Shown: positions 24,711-38,523 of the stretch, in pieces
Layout: every line of letters begins with the position of its first letter
Position numbering within the stretch: the stretch's first letter is position 1
From: Squalus acanthias
Taxonomy: Eukaryota
DNA: 64,000 bases
Assembly (NCBI GenBank): GCA_030390025.1
Contig: CM059432.1
Span: forward strand, 136,278,001-136,342,000
Direction: 5' to 3'
Translations under genes and position numbers: made by a program
The notes under the pieces: generated by a model
Databases searched by the model: none
What the model saw: only the letters and a program-made list of their open reading frames with translations
What the model was told of the DNA's origin: nothing

Positions 24711-25286
24711 TTTGTTTTTTCATAAAGTATTCATAAAGAAACACTTTTGTTACATTTTCCATGACTACACTTTTGCTCTTTGGATTTCTGCTGGAGTTAT
24801 CAGAAAATTATATTGTTCAGTTCTTTTTTTTAATGCTAGCGCAGTTACATTTTTTCTGACAGCTCTGTTACTATACCAGGCTGAACTCAAACATACCACT
24901 GCTGAGTTTAATTTGAATCTGCAAAGCATACTTGAGTCCAGTCCACGACCTCTGACATCCGGTAGCCAAGGAGGAAAGTGGCATGTTTGTTTTCATTCCC
25001 AATATTTCACTCTCTCTTTCTGCTTTTTTTCCCCCTTCAAAAATTCTTTCTTCACTTTCGATGAAGTTTGAAAAGCTTGGCTACTACTCTGCCCTTGGCC
25101 ATTGTTACTAACCCTGGGTAATAGCTTCAAATAATTGGTATACAAGGTAAAGAATCCAATTGAAAACTTACCTCAGTGTAATATAATCTGAAACACTGGC
25201 GCCTAGAAATGGATCAGGCACAAGTGAGCTTAATCATTCGCTTCTAAATTTAGTCATTTTATATGTCTTTATTGTGTTGCAAACAT

Positions 25287-25472
25287 TGGGGTTAAAATTC
25301 AACATTGGTGGGAGTGTGAAACGGGCAGGTGCGGATCGATCGTCTGTTACATATCCCACCCAGTTTTCCTCGCAATTGACTTCAATGGAAGGGAAAATTA
25401 GGCAGGGTGTATAACAGGCGATAGATCTTCTCTCATCTGCTTAGTGCCCCTGCCAACATTACATTCCACCTC
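25287..25472. mobile_element. Old palindromic MITE
   Basis: Imperfect hairpin centred on ATTGACTTCAAT; resembles the split element at 37640-38616. Confidence 0.5.
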
Positions 25473-26309
25473 CCTTGTCGTCAATGCTCAGCTCACTAGG
25501 TTGGCAATCGAAAGAATTATTGAGCAATTTGATTGCTTTAGCTTTATCGGTACATTTTTGCTGATTGCTCAAACGTGATTCCTTCACAGAATCATAGAAT
25601 GATACAGCTCAGAAGGCGGCCATTCGGCCCATCGTGCCTGTGCCGGCTCTTTGAAAGAGCTAATCCAATTGTTTACATATGTCCTTAGCCATTCCTCACT
25701 GGAGGTCCATCTGCTTATTCGATTTTTGTGCTTTCTGTACCTATTTGTTGCTGTTTTACGAGTATGAATTTTGAGTCAATCAAGTGCAAGTGCCACAGTC
25801 CCGTCAGGAGCCTTGTAAATGGTGGAGAGGCTTGTAGCCACGTTGTTGATGTGGCTGGTCAGTTAAGCATCTGGTCAATGGTGACGCCCAAGATATTGAT
25901 GGTGGGGGACTTGGCGATGCTGGTGCCATTGAAGATACAACAATTGCACACATCGCTCCCCCCCGCCAGATTGACCCACATATGGCTATTTATGAAGGTT
26001 AATACTTTCAGATTAGCACTCAGCGACGCATACTTCTAGTGCACCTGATCTTCCATTACGTGCTCACAGTAAACTTGTGTATTCCTGTGAGGATGTAAAT
26101 AGAGTAAATGAAATTTCCCTTTAATGCCGATAGGAGAATTTCAGCCCTGGTGTTTCCATTGTAAAAAAAAATACAGTTCAGATCCATCGTGAGTTCAACT
26201 TTGTGACTTCCCAGTAACTCGTCTAATTAATCCTCTAAGAAGGACGACAGCAGCCTTGGTATTGTCATGAGTAGTGACGACCCAGTATTCACTCACAAAC
26301 GCTTTTCAG

Positions 26310-26608
26310 CCCATGCAGTACTCTTCTTTTGAAGCGTAGTCACTGTTGTAATGTAGGAAACGCGGCAGCCAATTTGCGCACAGCAAGCTCCCACAAACAG
26401 CAATGAGATAATGAGCAGATAATCTGTTTTTAGTGATGTTGGTTGAGGGAAGAATATTGGCCAGGACACCGAGGAGAACTCCCCTGCTCTTCTTCGAAAT
26501 AGTGCCGTGGGCTCTTTTGCGTGCACCTGAGAGAGCAGACAGGGCCTCGGTTTTACGTCTCATCCGAAAGACGGCACCTCTGACAGTGCAGCGCTCCCTC
26601 AGTACTGC
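26310..26608 (-). mobile_element. SacSINE1-like Deu-SINE fragment
   Basis: Matches the central part of 41996-42450. Confidence 0.8.
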
Positions 26609-27004
26609 AATGAAGTTTGTGCTTTATAGAACTGAATAAAATAACTCACCATTTTCATTTTTAATAAGACACCTATTAATGTTATGCCCAACTGTGGTAA
26701 CCAATAAATGCTAATAAGACCAGAAAATGCTGGAGATACACAGCAGATTAGTCAGTAATGATCGTCATTTTCTGTTTTAATTGTGATATCCGGCATTTGC
26801 AATTTTTTTTCCTTTTTACAGCATATTCTAATCGACAGTTTATTTTAATACCCATGGCCTCTAAAATACCGCCGATGATATCAGCAAACAAGTGTTTCAT
26901 ATTAGCCTATGGCAATCCTTTGTCTGCTTTTTTAACAGTTGTTAAACTTTATATTTTAAATAGGGGACACCTCAGGTAAAATCGTGCACAGAGGAATGCC
27001 ACAT

Positions 27005-27539
27005 GAAGTAAGGAGTGTGATGGAATACTCTCCACTTGCCTGGATGAGTGCAGCTCCAACAACACTCAAGAAGCTTGACACCATCCAGGACAAAGCAGCC
27101 CGCTTGATTGGCACCCCATCCACCACCTTAAACATTCACTCCCTCCACCACCGGCGTACCGTGGCTGCAGTGTGTACCATCTACAAGATGCACTGCAGCA
27201 ACTCGCCAAGGCTTCTTCGGCAGCACCTCCCAAACCCGCGACCTCTTCCACCTAGAAGGACAAGGGCAGCAGGCGCATGGGAACACCACCACCTCCAAGT
27301 TCCCCTCCAAGTCACACATCATCCTGACTTAGAAGTATATCGCCAATCCTTCATCGTCGCTGGATCAAAATCCTGGAACTCCCTCCCTAACAGCACTGTG
27401 GGCGTACCTTCTCCACACAGACTGCAGCGGTTCAAGGAAGGCGGCTCACCACCACCTTCTCAAGGGCAATTAGGGATGGGCAATAAATGCTGGCCTTGCC
27501 AGCGACGCCCACATCCCATAAAAACGAAAAAAAAAAAAA
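27005..27539 (+). mobile_element. LINE B 3' fragment
   Basis: Nearly identical to 5540-6060; poly(A) tail. Confidence 0.9.
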
Positions 27540-28149
27540 TGCTTTGAAGTGTTTGGCTGAAAACATTGGCAACAGAAATTTTTATGCATCCGTTTGTATG
27601 GTCAGGAATGCACAATTATTTTATAATTTCGTTATAAAGGTGAGCCAGAACAGTAACTGTAACAAAGGAGACAGGGGTGTGGAAGCAGTATTTGGATAGA
27701 TACTGCACTCAGACATTTCCCAATTATATCCACCAAGGTTCTTAAAAGGTCAAAGTTCCCAAATCTGGCTCACATCCAGCAACTTAAGGGAAAGGAGTGC
27801 CACAGCTTTTAAAAAAAAATTATGAAGGATAACGCTGCATTCGACACTTTGGTGAAATTCAGAATGCATAGATATACCTATTGCCCAAATAGAGTCTTTG
27901 ACATATACATAAAAGTCGACAAATTAAAAAGGCTGAACATGCTAAAGTACAGAGCTGAGTACAGCTTTTTACATCAGTTGTCAACAACCGGCAGCTTGTT
28001 TGCCATGTCCCTGTGTGGGCATAGTTAACTACTGGAGACAAAGGAGGTCATTTTTGTTGATGGGCTGTCAGTTTCTAATTTGTTCCCAAACTGTGCACTA
28101 AATCCTGTGGTCTCCACCAGGAAAAGTGGCCATATCTCATCTTAGTCTG

Positions 28150-28386
28150 GTTTTGCCCAACTCTCCATTTACCCTCCTTGGTTCCGTAACACTTAATACA
28201 CTTGCCTAACCAAACTCTTATCAATCTCAGTTTTGACATTTTCAATCGACTCCCAGCCACACCAGCTTTTTGGGGGAGAGAGTTCCAGATTTCCACTACC
28301 CTTTGTGTGAAGAAGTGCTTCCTGACATCACCCCCGAACAGCCTGGCTCTAATTTTAAGGTTAAGCCTCCTCGTTCTGGACTCCCG
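28150..28386 (-). mobile_element. CR1 3' fragment
   Basis: EIWNSLPQKA motif. Confidence 0.75.
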
Positions 28387-29278
28387 CTGTTAGCCTCCCG
28401 GCACTGGCCTAGCTTGTGTTGCCGGGGTCAGTCGGAATGCATGTCATTTGCATGGGACCAGTGGACACATTGCGCCACTGCGGGCAAATCTCTTTGGTGC
28501 ACACCAACCCCATTCAGCCGGAAAATCTGGCACTTAGCTGCCTTTTGGGGGAGGGGGGGGGGGGGGGGAAAGGGACGGGGATCGTGGGGTGGGGAGATTT
28601 GCTCGAGCAGAATTCCATTAGCCCCTGTGTAAAGGAGGCAATTTTGCTTTAAACAAAAATTGCTTCCATTCTTCAGGATCCATGCCTGGACTCACCCCAA
28701 TGTGAGAACCACTAGTCCTCATATGGAGCCCGGTACACCTCATGTCGCCCAGTGTACCAGACTCCAGTCCAATGCTGGCTCCCAGCTAAGCCCAGGAAGC
28801 AGGAACTCCCAGCAGAAGGAGCTTCTGCTTCTGGGCTGCCTCCTTGGCATTGTTTCCCTTGTAAGGGGTGGCCAGGGGTTGGGACTGGAAAAGTTCCGAA
28901 TCAGCAGTGACCCAGCATAACCCCCAAGAATTTTAAAAGCCTCTTCTCTTTAAATGTATTGGAATCAAATATTTTTACCTCTCTATCTTCCTATAAGTCG
29001 CCTCTTAAAACCTACCTCTTTGACCAAGCTTTTGGTTACCTGTCCGAATATCTCTTATGGCTCAGTGTTAAATTTTGTCTGATAACGCTTCTGTGAAGCA
29101 CCTTGGGATGTTTTTATTACATTACAGGTGCTATATAAATGCAAGTTGTTGTCATTATTTAAAAACCTGAATCATTCTTGTATCTGTGCAGATTATTTTT
29201 CCTCTGCCCAGTCCCTCACGCCCGCCTCCCCCCCACCCCACACAACCCACACACCCACCCACCCACACACACCCACCA

Positions 29279-29280
<2 letters not shown>

Positions 29281-29315
<35 letters not shown>
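29281..29315. repeat. (CA)n microsatellite inside a C-rich low-complexity tract
   Basis: Read directly from the sequence. Confidence 0.95.
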
Positions 29316-29316
<1 letters not shown>

Positions 29317-32300
29317 CCCCCCCCCGCCCCCCGCCTCCCCCTCTCCTGCCTGGATCCAATTATCACCCCCACCCTCTAACCCTGTTTGGCCCAAAACACG
29401 CTCTATCCTCATTAGAAACACTTCCATGCAAACAACTGTTGTTTTGGTGCAAATTAAGAGTCCCAGGGAAAGGAAATTTAAGTGCAATGAATGAAGAAAG
29501 ACAGCACTGAAACCACAGAAATTGAGCCAGACATTGAGTTTTCCATCAGCCTGGTGTCAATGAGATTTTTAAGTGATTTCCAATGCTCAAGTTGAAGCTG
29601 TTGGCAGGTTGAGGTGCACTGATTGGTTTGTATCCATACCAGTATCAAAATGAGTAAATCTATGATATTTTATACATGCTACATAGCATTTACAGCATAG
29701 AAACAGGTCTCTTCCAGTGTTTATGCTCCACACGAGCCTCCTCCCCAACTTACCTCCATCTCACCCCATCAACATAACCTTCTATTATTTTCTCCCACAT
29801 GTACTTATCCAGCTTCCCCCTTAAATGCATCTCTGCTATTCTCCCCAACCACTACATGTGGTCGCGAGTTCTACATTCTCAACACTCTCTGAGTAAAGAA
29901 GTTTCTCCTGAATTCCCTATTGGATTTATGAGTGACCATCTTATATTTATGGTCCCGAGTTTTGGCCCTCTCCCACAAGTGGAAATGGGGAGTCGGGTCC
30001 AGGTGCTGTAATTAGGTCAAGCAGGGTTAGAGGGTGGGGGGATAATTGGACCCAGGCAGGAGAGGGGGAGGCGGGGGGGTTGGGAGAGGTGAGGGGAGTG
30101 GGCCTTGGCTTTGAATCCAGCCCAGGCTTACTGGATGCAAGTATTCTCTTTATGTGAAATGAACTTGGGCAATTCTCAATGGATGAACATCCAAACATAA
30201 ATTTGCCGATAAACAGTTGGGGCACTACGGGTTCAGCAAAGGGGTTTCAAATGAATTTCTGACAAATTTATGGTGACGGAACACTAGAAACCCTGAGAAC
30301 ATTCACCCCGTGGAGCTGTTGAATAGAATACTCAACTTAGATAAACATACAAGTTAAATAACTAAGGATGGGATTATCCTATCTGCACTCTCTGCGTTCC
30401 TCCAATTCTGGTCTCTTGTACATCCTCGATTTTTATCGCTCCACGATTGGCGGCCATCCCTTCAGCTGCTGAGGCCCTAACCTCTGGAATTCCCTCCCTA
30501 AACCTCTCCACCTCTCTCCACTTCTCTCTCCTCCTTTAAGATGCTCCTTAAAATCTACCTCTTTGGCCAAGCTTTTGGTCACCTGTCCTAATATCTCCTA
30601 TGTGACTCAAATTCTGTTTGATAACGCTCCTATGAAGTGCCTTGGGACATTTTACTATGTTAAAGGTGCTATACAAATGCAAGTTGTTGTTGCAATGTTA
30701 GTATAAATTCAGTACTTAAAAGTCTAATGGTGCTATCATTCTACCTTTAGCATAAGTACGGCAAACATACATTTTTCTTACTTAATCACTAGTGCAATGC
30801 ATTAATACCCAAAGTACATCACGCCAATGGTGGAGCGATGAATTCATAATGAGATTTAAAATATCAGTATCTTTATTTCGATGTTTTGATTATTAGGAAA
30901 GTGGTTACGTTTTTACATGACTGGGTAGTTTTTGGAGGTCCTGTTCCTTCAGTAACACCTCACACACAACCAGAGCACATTGGGAAATCATGAGCACGAT
31001 ATAAGAACATAAGAAATAAGAACATAAGAAATAACAGCAGGAGTATGCCCTGGCTTTGCACAAGATCCCAATGGTGCTGGAATTCCTCACAAGATTTCCC
31101 CTGTAGTTCATAGTTTGGAATGGTGAAATGGTGCAGCTTATTTCATGTGCATAAAGACCTTTGTAACTTCCTTGAGAGAAGAATTACTCAGGTCACTGTG
31201 TAGAGACATTGCAAAGGAATTGAAAAAGAACTATGTTTTGCTACACAAAAGGCTAGAATTTAATTATAGCGATGACAGCTGAGAAATATTTATTTCTTCT
31301 TCAAACATTCCATGTCTTCAATTTTAGTGTTAACCCATTTATTTTAAGTAGAGCAATGCTTAAGTTGAAATAGTGAACATAGGAATGTCATGTGAAAATG
31401 TCAAGCATTAGTCCACTATTATTGGCAACAGTCATTTCTAACCTATAGCCACAGCAATTCTTCTCTTCCCTTGTGTGTTCATCCTTACTTGAACAATAAT
31501 CAGTATTGTCTATATATCAATGTACGAGAGTTTCACTGAGCCAATAAAATCACTCAGCACCTACACCGTGTCAAAAGAGCATCGGACAGAATCCAAATTC
31601 TTCCACCTAAGCTAGAAGTCATAGTCAAGACCGATTGCTGGAGTCCATCACTGGGTCTAAATGGGTTAAAGCTTGACATCTCGGTCGGCTTGAAACTTTA
31701 TTTTCCTTATCAGCCTCCCTGTCATGCTCAGAATATTCCGTACAATGTTCCGTTTAAAGTGCACTTGTCAGGGTCCATTTGCTGCTAGTGACCTTGATGG
31801 TGACATCAGCGATAGTTGTGTTTTACCTTTTGACCCTGGATGGTAAGAGAGAGCCCAAGTAATAAATTCCCATTAATTGTGAAGCAGGCGCGAGCCTGGA
31901 AAGACAGAAAAAGACAAGCACTTTAAATTTTAATTCCTGCTATCAGCTTTGAAATGGAGTTGTGGGTTATGTCAATGGGATGATAGGCCACTGCCGCTGA
32001 CCCATTCCCTCAATGAGATGCCCAGGTTAAAGTACAGAGGAAGTGACAGGCAGATGTGACCCGGGAATCTGTGTGGCCCATTTTCAAGCCAGGTCTTTGT
32101 CACAAACAGGCAAGTGGAAAACCTCTATCACATTATAACTAACTGACGGAGGCAAGCATTATTAGCAAATCAAGTGCAGCAGACAGTAGTTTTTAAGAGT
32201 GATAACCCTTTATTGGCAGTGAGCAGGGTTACAGTTATTGTGGTTATATAATTAGTATGTTAATTATATCCTTATTTAACAACAGCAACTTGCATTTATA

Positions 32301-33532
32301 CAGCACCTTTAACATAACGTGTCAAGGTGTTTCGCAAACGGTGATAGATCAGGGAAAATAGATGGCCATGCATTCGGGGACAGTTTGAAGGGGCAGGGGG
32401 ATTATTGAAAGCTTGGTTAAAAAGATGGGTTTTGAGAGATTTTTAGAGGAGAGAGATGGTATTTTGTGTAGAGGCCTGTCCTTGAGGGAAAGAAACCTGC
32501 CGTCCTTACCCGGTCTGGGCCTATATGCAACGCCAGTCCCACACCAACGTGGTTGACTCTTAACTGCCCTCTGAAGTGGCGGAGCAAAAAGAAAAACAAC
32601 GGAACAAGCTGGAGAAGAGGACATTGTAACCCAGTTGTGTTGGGGAAGTGCTGTATTGCTCCTTGAGATGTTAATGAGTGAATGACAGGGTAGGTGTGAG
32701 AAATGTACAAACATTCTTGACCCATGAAGTATAGAACCAGCTGTCCCGTCCATCATGATCAGAAACAGTGGAACACCCAGTGGCTACATCATTGCACTGC
32801 TTTCATAGGAGCATAGCAATTGCTAGATGAAAAAAGACAAAGGTTCATCTAGTTCGCCTTCTATCATCCTGGTAGTCGCATGATACAATGATAATGGATT
32901 TGTGGGCTAATCATAGCAATCAATCTCTATCAATTCATCTACAACAGTCACAAGGAGAACCCCATTGCTGCTGAGCTTTGGGAACCATAGGTCCAAAGTC
33001 ACCTTTTTCCTCTCAAGCATGTACATTTTGCCCTTTTGCGACAACCAATTTCACTCCCAATATGTCTTTGATATAAAGTCAGCTTCCGGTTTCTAAGAAG
33101 GTCCAGCATATATTTTTCTAATTTAACGGACAAAAAAAAAGGCTGGAGCCACTGAAAGAAAGATTGACTGGGACAATGCTAGGAATGAGAAGCTATAGTT
33201 ATGAAGAGAGACTTGAGATAATGAGACTATTTCCTCTGGAACCCAAAAAGAAAGAGATTCAATCGAGGTTTTTAAAAATTCTCCAGGGTTTTTGATAGGG
33301 TGAATAGGGAAAAAGTATTTCCTCATCCGTACCAAGGGATCATCAATTTAAAATTGGAGAGCGAGGAGACAGGTTTGGTGCAATTTCTTTACACACAGAA
33401 TTGTTGGAGCACAGAACGCTTTAGCTAAGGCATAGAACATTGTATCATGTAAGGGAAAAGTGGATAAATATTTGAAGCAGAGGAAGATATGTGGATAGGG
33501 GGGAGAGAGAGCAGAGCAGTAGGATTAGTTTT

Positions 33533-33802
33533 CACAGAATCACAGAATCCCCACAATGCAAATAGAGGCCATTTCGGCCCATCGAGCCTGCACCGACACA
33601 TATCCCACCCTATCCCCCTAACACTAAGGGTCAATTTATTATAGCCAAATCAACCTAACTCGCACACCTTTGGACTGTGGGAGGAAACCCACGCAGACAC
33701 GGGGAGAATGTGCAAACTCCACACAGACAGTCACGCGAGGCCGGATTTGAACCCGGGTCCCTGGCGCTGTGAAGCAACAGTGCTAACCACTGTGCCACTG
33801 TG
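33533..33802 (-). mobile_element. HE1-type V-SINE (elasmobranch)
   Basis: tRNA head GTGGCACAGTGGTTAGCAC...GGTTCAAATCC, V-domain GTGGAGTTTGCACATTCTCCCCGTGTCTGCGTGGGTTTCC, and CR1-like tail GATGGGCCGAAATGGCC...GATTCTGTGATTCTGTG. Confidence 0.85.
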
Positions 33803-34009
33803 TTGCTCCAGCAAAGATCTGGTAAAAGAATGATGGGCTGAATGGTCTCCCTCTGTCCTATACACTTCAAAGGGTTGTGATAGCAGTCCAGCAACATCAA
33901 AAATATATACACTTACACAAATAGTGATGAAACCTTGAGTTGAAAGCTGCAAAGTTCACTGTCATGGTATGTGCTACAGTTCCAGCACCAACTTGAACAG
34001 CTAATCTTG

Positions 34010-34375
34010 AAAAGTGCTTCAGTGCAGTACTGAGGGAACGCTGTCTGGTCAGGGGCCACTGGCTTTAGATGAGACGTATAAACCGAGGCCCCATTTGTCT
34101 GCTCGGGTGGACATAAATGATCCCATGTTCGAAGAACTGGGAATTCTTCCCATGTTCCGGCTAACGTTTCTCCCACAACCAACACCACCAAAAAAACAGA
34201 TCATCTGGTCATTCGTTCATTTGTTGTTTGCGGAATCTTGCTGTGCACAGAATTAGCTGCCAGATTTGCCTACGTAACAGCGGTGATAGCACTTTTAAAG
34301 AAATCCACCGGTGTGAAGCACTTTGGGACATCAAAACACATGATAAGGGTGCTATATAAATGGGAAGGTATTTTT
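34010..34375 (+). mobile_element. SacSINE1-like Deu-SINE (degenerate)
   Basis: CAGTGCAGTACTGAGGGA...AAACCGAGGCCCC and an L2-like tail. Confidence 0.7.
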
Positions 34376-37300
34376 CTTTAATCGAGCTCATTTTCAAACC
34401 AGTATTTGAGGACATATTGACAAAAGATCTAGAGGGGAGATGAGGAGGCATTTTTTCACTCAGAGAGTTGTCGGGATCTTGAACGTTCCACTTGAAAAAT
34501 TCCAGAAATAATTTTAAAAGGGAGTTGGACAGGTACTTACAGGGTTACGAACACAAAGCAAGGGGCGTTGGACTGAGCACGACTGCTCTTTCAAAGAGCC
34601 AGCACTGGCACGACGGGCCGAATGGCCTCCTTCTGTGCTGTAGGTTTCTATGATTCTATATGTCATAAAATAAATATTCCCTGAGGTCGTACGTCATACG
34701 GTACAACTACTGGAAACACAACAACATTTTGTTACCTAGTCTTTCAACATCAATGGAAAAACATACAATGAAAAGGTAAAGTATACTTTCTGAGAACTAT
34801 TCGCTCCTAAATAATTCCTGATGCCTCTCAATGAAATTAAGATAGTAATCTAATGTTACGTTTCAGATGACAAATAAAAACTGCTTGAGCTTTGCTTTAA
34901 TGGTTTATGACGTTATCTAAATTCCTCAACATCACATCTGTCTTGTAATTCACTGAGAGATGTTCAGCAACCTTTATTTAGTTTACTTCTAATGTCAGAT
35001 GAATTGAAAGCAGTCTATGGTTGAGCATAGATCTCTAATTTTCACTTCATAACATTTGACAGCCTACAAAATAAATGGAAGTTGTAGGTCTTAAATGAAA
35101 GAAGAGATGTGTGTTCTCAAAGCTAAAAATTTGTTCAGTATTCAGAGGGTTAAAGGCATATATTAAATGATCAGGGCTTCCTATCTGTCAGTACATATAT
35201 ATATATATAAAATATCTACTCTCTTGGTTTTGCTCATTTTTTGCAACAAGAACTTACATTACTACAGTGCTCCTCAAAATAAAAGAACATTTCAGAGAGC
35301 TTCATGAGGCGGACTTTGAATAGGAGGTGAAGGGAATTAGGAAGGAAGATTGAAAGCATGGCTGCAGAGATGGGTTGTTAGGAGATTTTTAAAGGCAGTC
35401 AAAGTTATTTGGCAGAGTGTTCCAGAGGACAGTGGAATATAGCATCTGAAAGATTGGCTTCTGTTGGTAGCGTGAAAGGGGCAAGAGACAAGTACTAATC
35501 GGGAGTCAGAAGAGCAGACTGCGACTGAAACATATGGGTGTAGATCTTCCAAACAGGTCGGGTTGCGGCCTCAGTGGGATTTAAAAACAAGGGTGAGAAT
35601 TTTGAAATTGATTTAGTGGGGGCGTGAGGAGCCAGTGGAGCTGGACCAGAGAGGGAGTGATGGGTATAGGGGACCTTGTGTGGGAGAGGAGTGAGGCTGA
35701 AAGTTCTCGATTAACTCGAGTTTGTGGACAGTGGAGATAGGGAGGCTGATGAAGGAAATGTTAGAGAAATCAGTTCTTAAGCTGAAGAAGGTATGGATGA
35801 GATTTCAGCAGGGTGAGGTAGGGACATGAGTAGGCAGTCTTGTGGAGGTGGAGAAAGATGTTTTTGGAAAGGAACCAGATTTGGAGTAGAAAGCTCAGGA
35901 CATGGTTCACAATCCTCACTAAATTTGGATAAAATCTGGATATTAAACCAAGTCACCAATTGGCAAACATTGAGACAAAATAGTTGAAAACATAAGTCTT
36001 CCTTCCCTGTACAAATCATACCAGACAGAACTCTTTGAACTGGCACTCTTGTATGCATTGCACATTGTTTATTATTCCTCAGGCATCCCCTGTGTATGTG
36101 TATGTGTAGCTATGTGAAGTCTGAAAGTCAAGGGATAAGAAGAAATGCAGTTTCACAAAAAATGGACGCTCAAATTTTATTTTGCTTGGAACCTTTTTCC
36201 CAAGCAGTGGAACTGCAGATGTGCACATGTTAATAACAACTTCTGAACATCATTTTATTTTGGATCAGTTGATGCAAGAGATTCTGCGGAGTCCGTGCAT
36301 CTGCGAGGTCTTATTGCAATTACAAAGTGATGTGATTGTGTAGGACATATGGTTCAATCATGCTGTATTAAAGCCTTTTTCTATCTGCTTAAGAATTAAA
36401 TGTTTCTCATTTAAGATACTGGGTATGCTGCACCAAAGCTTGGGCAAAATCAGAATTTAATCACAAGTTGGGTCAACATAGGCCATAGAAACTTTGCAGC
36501 TATTTTAACACAGGCAATACATATTTTTTTTTAAAATAAGGAAAAGAGGTTGATGAATTAAGAACTGTCAAACTGTAAGGCACATGTAAAAGCATCTTTC
36601 ACAATTCTCTTCATAGATAATGCTCGGTATTGTATATAGAATACAAGAATGTTGTTCTTCTATAAAATGGAGTGCATTATTTCAAAGTAAAACTCTCGCT
36701 CCTTACCAGCTGTCCCTTATTTTAATCTTAGTCTGGTGCCACAATTTTGTAAAACATCCCAGCTAAAACTCAGCAATTATAGTAGCAGATCCAACTTTAA
36801 ATGGGTAATGTTCAATCTATGAGATCCCGACATGGAGCCTCGCCTAACGTACACTTGAGTTTCCGACATGCGCGCATGCTGGGAAAATAGCATAAAGTGG
36901 AAAAGGAACCCATTTTAACTGTAAAACCCAAATGGCTACGCCACAAAACTATACGAGCTCCTCCAACGACTCAGTGGGGCTGATTTTCACCCTGGCCAAA
37001 TCAGCGTTAACGGGGTAACGACATTAAAATAGAGTCGTTGCACTAACTATCCCATTAATGCTGACGGTCCGATCGCTGCCAATTTTAAAGGGCCGTTCCC
37101 CTTGAGCGGCTAGAGTGCTCTTCTTTTTCCGGTGGTAGGCATCTTGATGACAAAGCCAGGACCCTGATTATAATTTTCAGGGACACATGGGTGAAGCGTG
37201 CCCTGTGAATGCCCCACCCATGCGCCCTGGGATTGAACAGCCTTTCTGGGTTATCTTTTTGTGGAGTGATCCTCCAGGCTAGGCAAACATAGGACTTTGC

Positions 37301-37744
37301 CAGCCTGGGCTCAACCCCCCTCCGCATTTACCTCCACCCACTTCCCTCCCCCAGAACCTACGTGCAGGCTGGCACAGCATACATCTCCCCTTACCTCCAC
37401 CACTTCCCCCATCCTCTCTCTCTCTCTCACCTCTGCCAACCCTTTTCCCATTCCCCCTCTCCATCCACCATCCTCCTCCCTCCATTCCCTCATCCTCCAC
37501 TCCCCTTCCCCTCCTCTCCCTTCCACTTGTCTTCTCTTTCCTTCCCCCCTCCAGCTACCCCACCTGGATCCAATTGTTCCCCTCTGCCCTCTAGCCCTGC
37601 TTGACCTGTATCCAATTATACTTGGTTTTTGACTCCATGGGGGTAATTTTGACTTTGGGCGATGTAATATGGGCGATACCAGATTGGGCTTATTGGAGTT
37701 ATACAACTCTCCCAGTTTTCCTTTATCTTCCAAGAACTTTGAAC

Positions 37745-38402
37745 AAAAGTAGTCAGGTACAAAAAATAATCAAAAAGGCTAATGGAATGATAGCCTTTAC
37801 AACTAGAGGGCTCGAATATAAAGGGGAGGAAGTTTTGCTGCAGCTATACAAAGCCCTGGTTAGACTGCATCTGGAGTATTGTGTACAGTTCTGGACACCG
37901 TACCTTAGAAAGGATATATTGGCCTGGGAAGGAGTGAAGCGCAGATTCACCAGAATGTAACCAGGGCTCCAAGAGTTAGATTATGAGGAGAGATTACACA
38001 AACCAGGCTGGTATTCCCTGGGATATAGAAGTTTAAGGGGTGATTTGATTGAGGTTTTTAGGATTTTGAAAGGAATTGATAGGGTGGACAGAGAGAAACT
38101 TTTTCCACTGGTGGGGGGAGTCTAGGACAAGGGGGACAGAACCTTAAAATCAGAGCCAGGAGAGAAGTTAGGAAACACTTCTTCATGCAAAGGGTTGCAG
38201 AAGTGTGGAACACTCTCCCACAAAAAGCAGTAGATACTAGCTCAATTACTAATTTAAAATCTGAGATTGATAGAGTTTTGCTAGATATGGATATTAAGGG
38301 ATATGGAGCCAAGGCTGGAGTTAAGATACAGATCAGCCAGGATCTCATTGTATGCTGGAACAGGCTTGAGGGGCTGAATGGCCTACTCCTGTTCCTATGT
38401 TC
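37745..38402 (+). mobile_element. CR1 3' fragment
   Basis: KKANGMIAF...[13 protein letters not shown] and the 3' UTR. Confidence 0.88.
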
Positions 38403-38404
38403 CT

Positions 38405-38523
38405 TAAAAAAGGGAAACTTTTAATTCTTGGTGTCCACAAAATACCATTCCTTGTGGTGTCCACCAGTCATGGAAGGCCTCAAGCGTGCCGAACACCGCA
38501 CACTCCCTCTCCAGGACCAGTTG
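38405..38523 (-). mobile_element. Possible Tx1-type LINE ORF2 C-terminal fragment
   Basis: Translates LVLERECAVFGTLEAFHDWWTPQG, resembling Tx1 ORF2 C-termini (from recall). Confidence 0.5.

Noticed and set aside
24514..25071. 185-aa ORF
   Set aside because: It spans a MITE end and AT-rich flank, has low-complexity Phe-rich composition and shows no recognisable domain.
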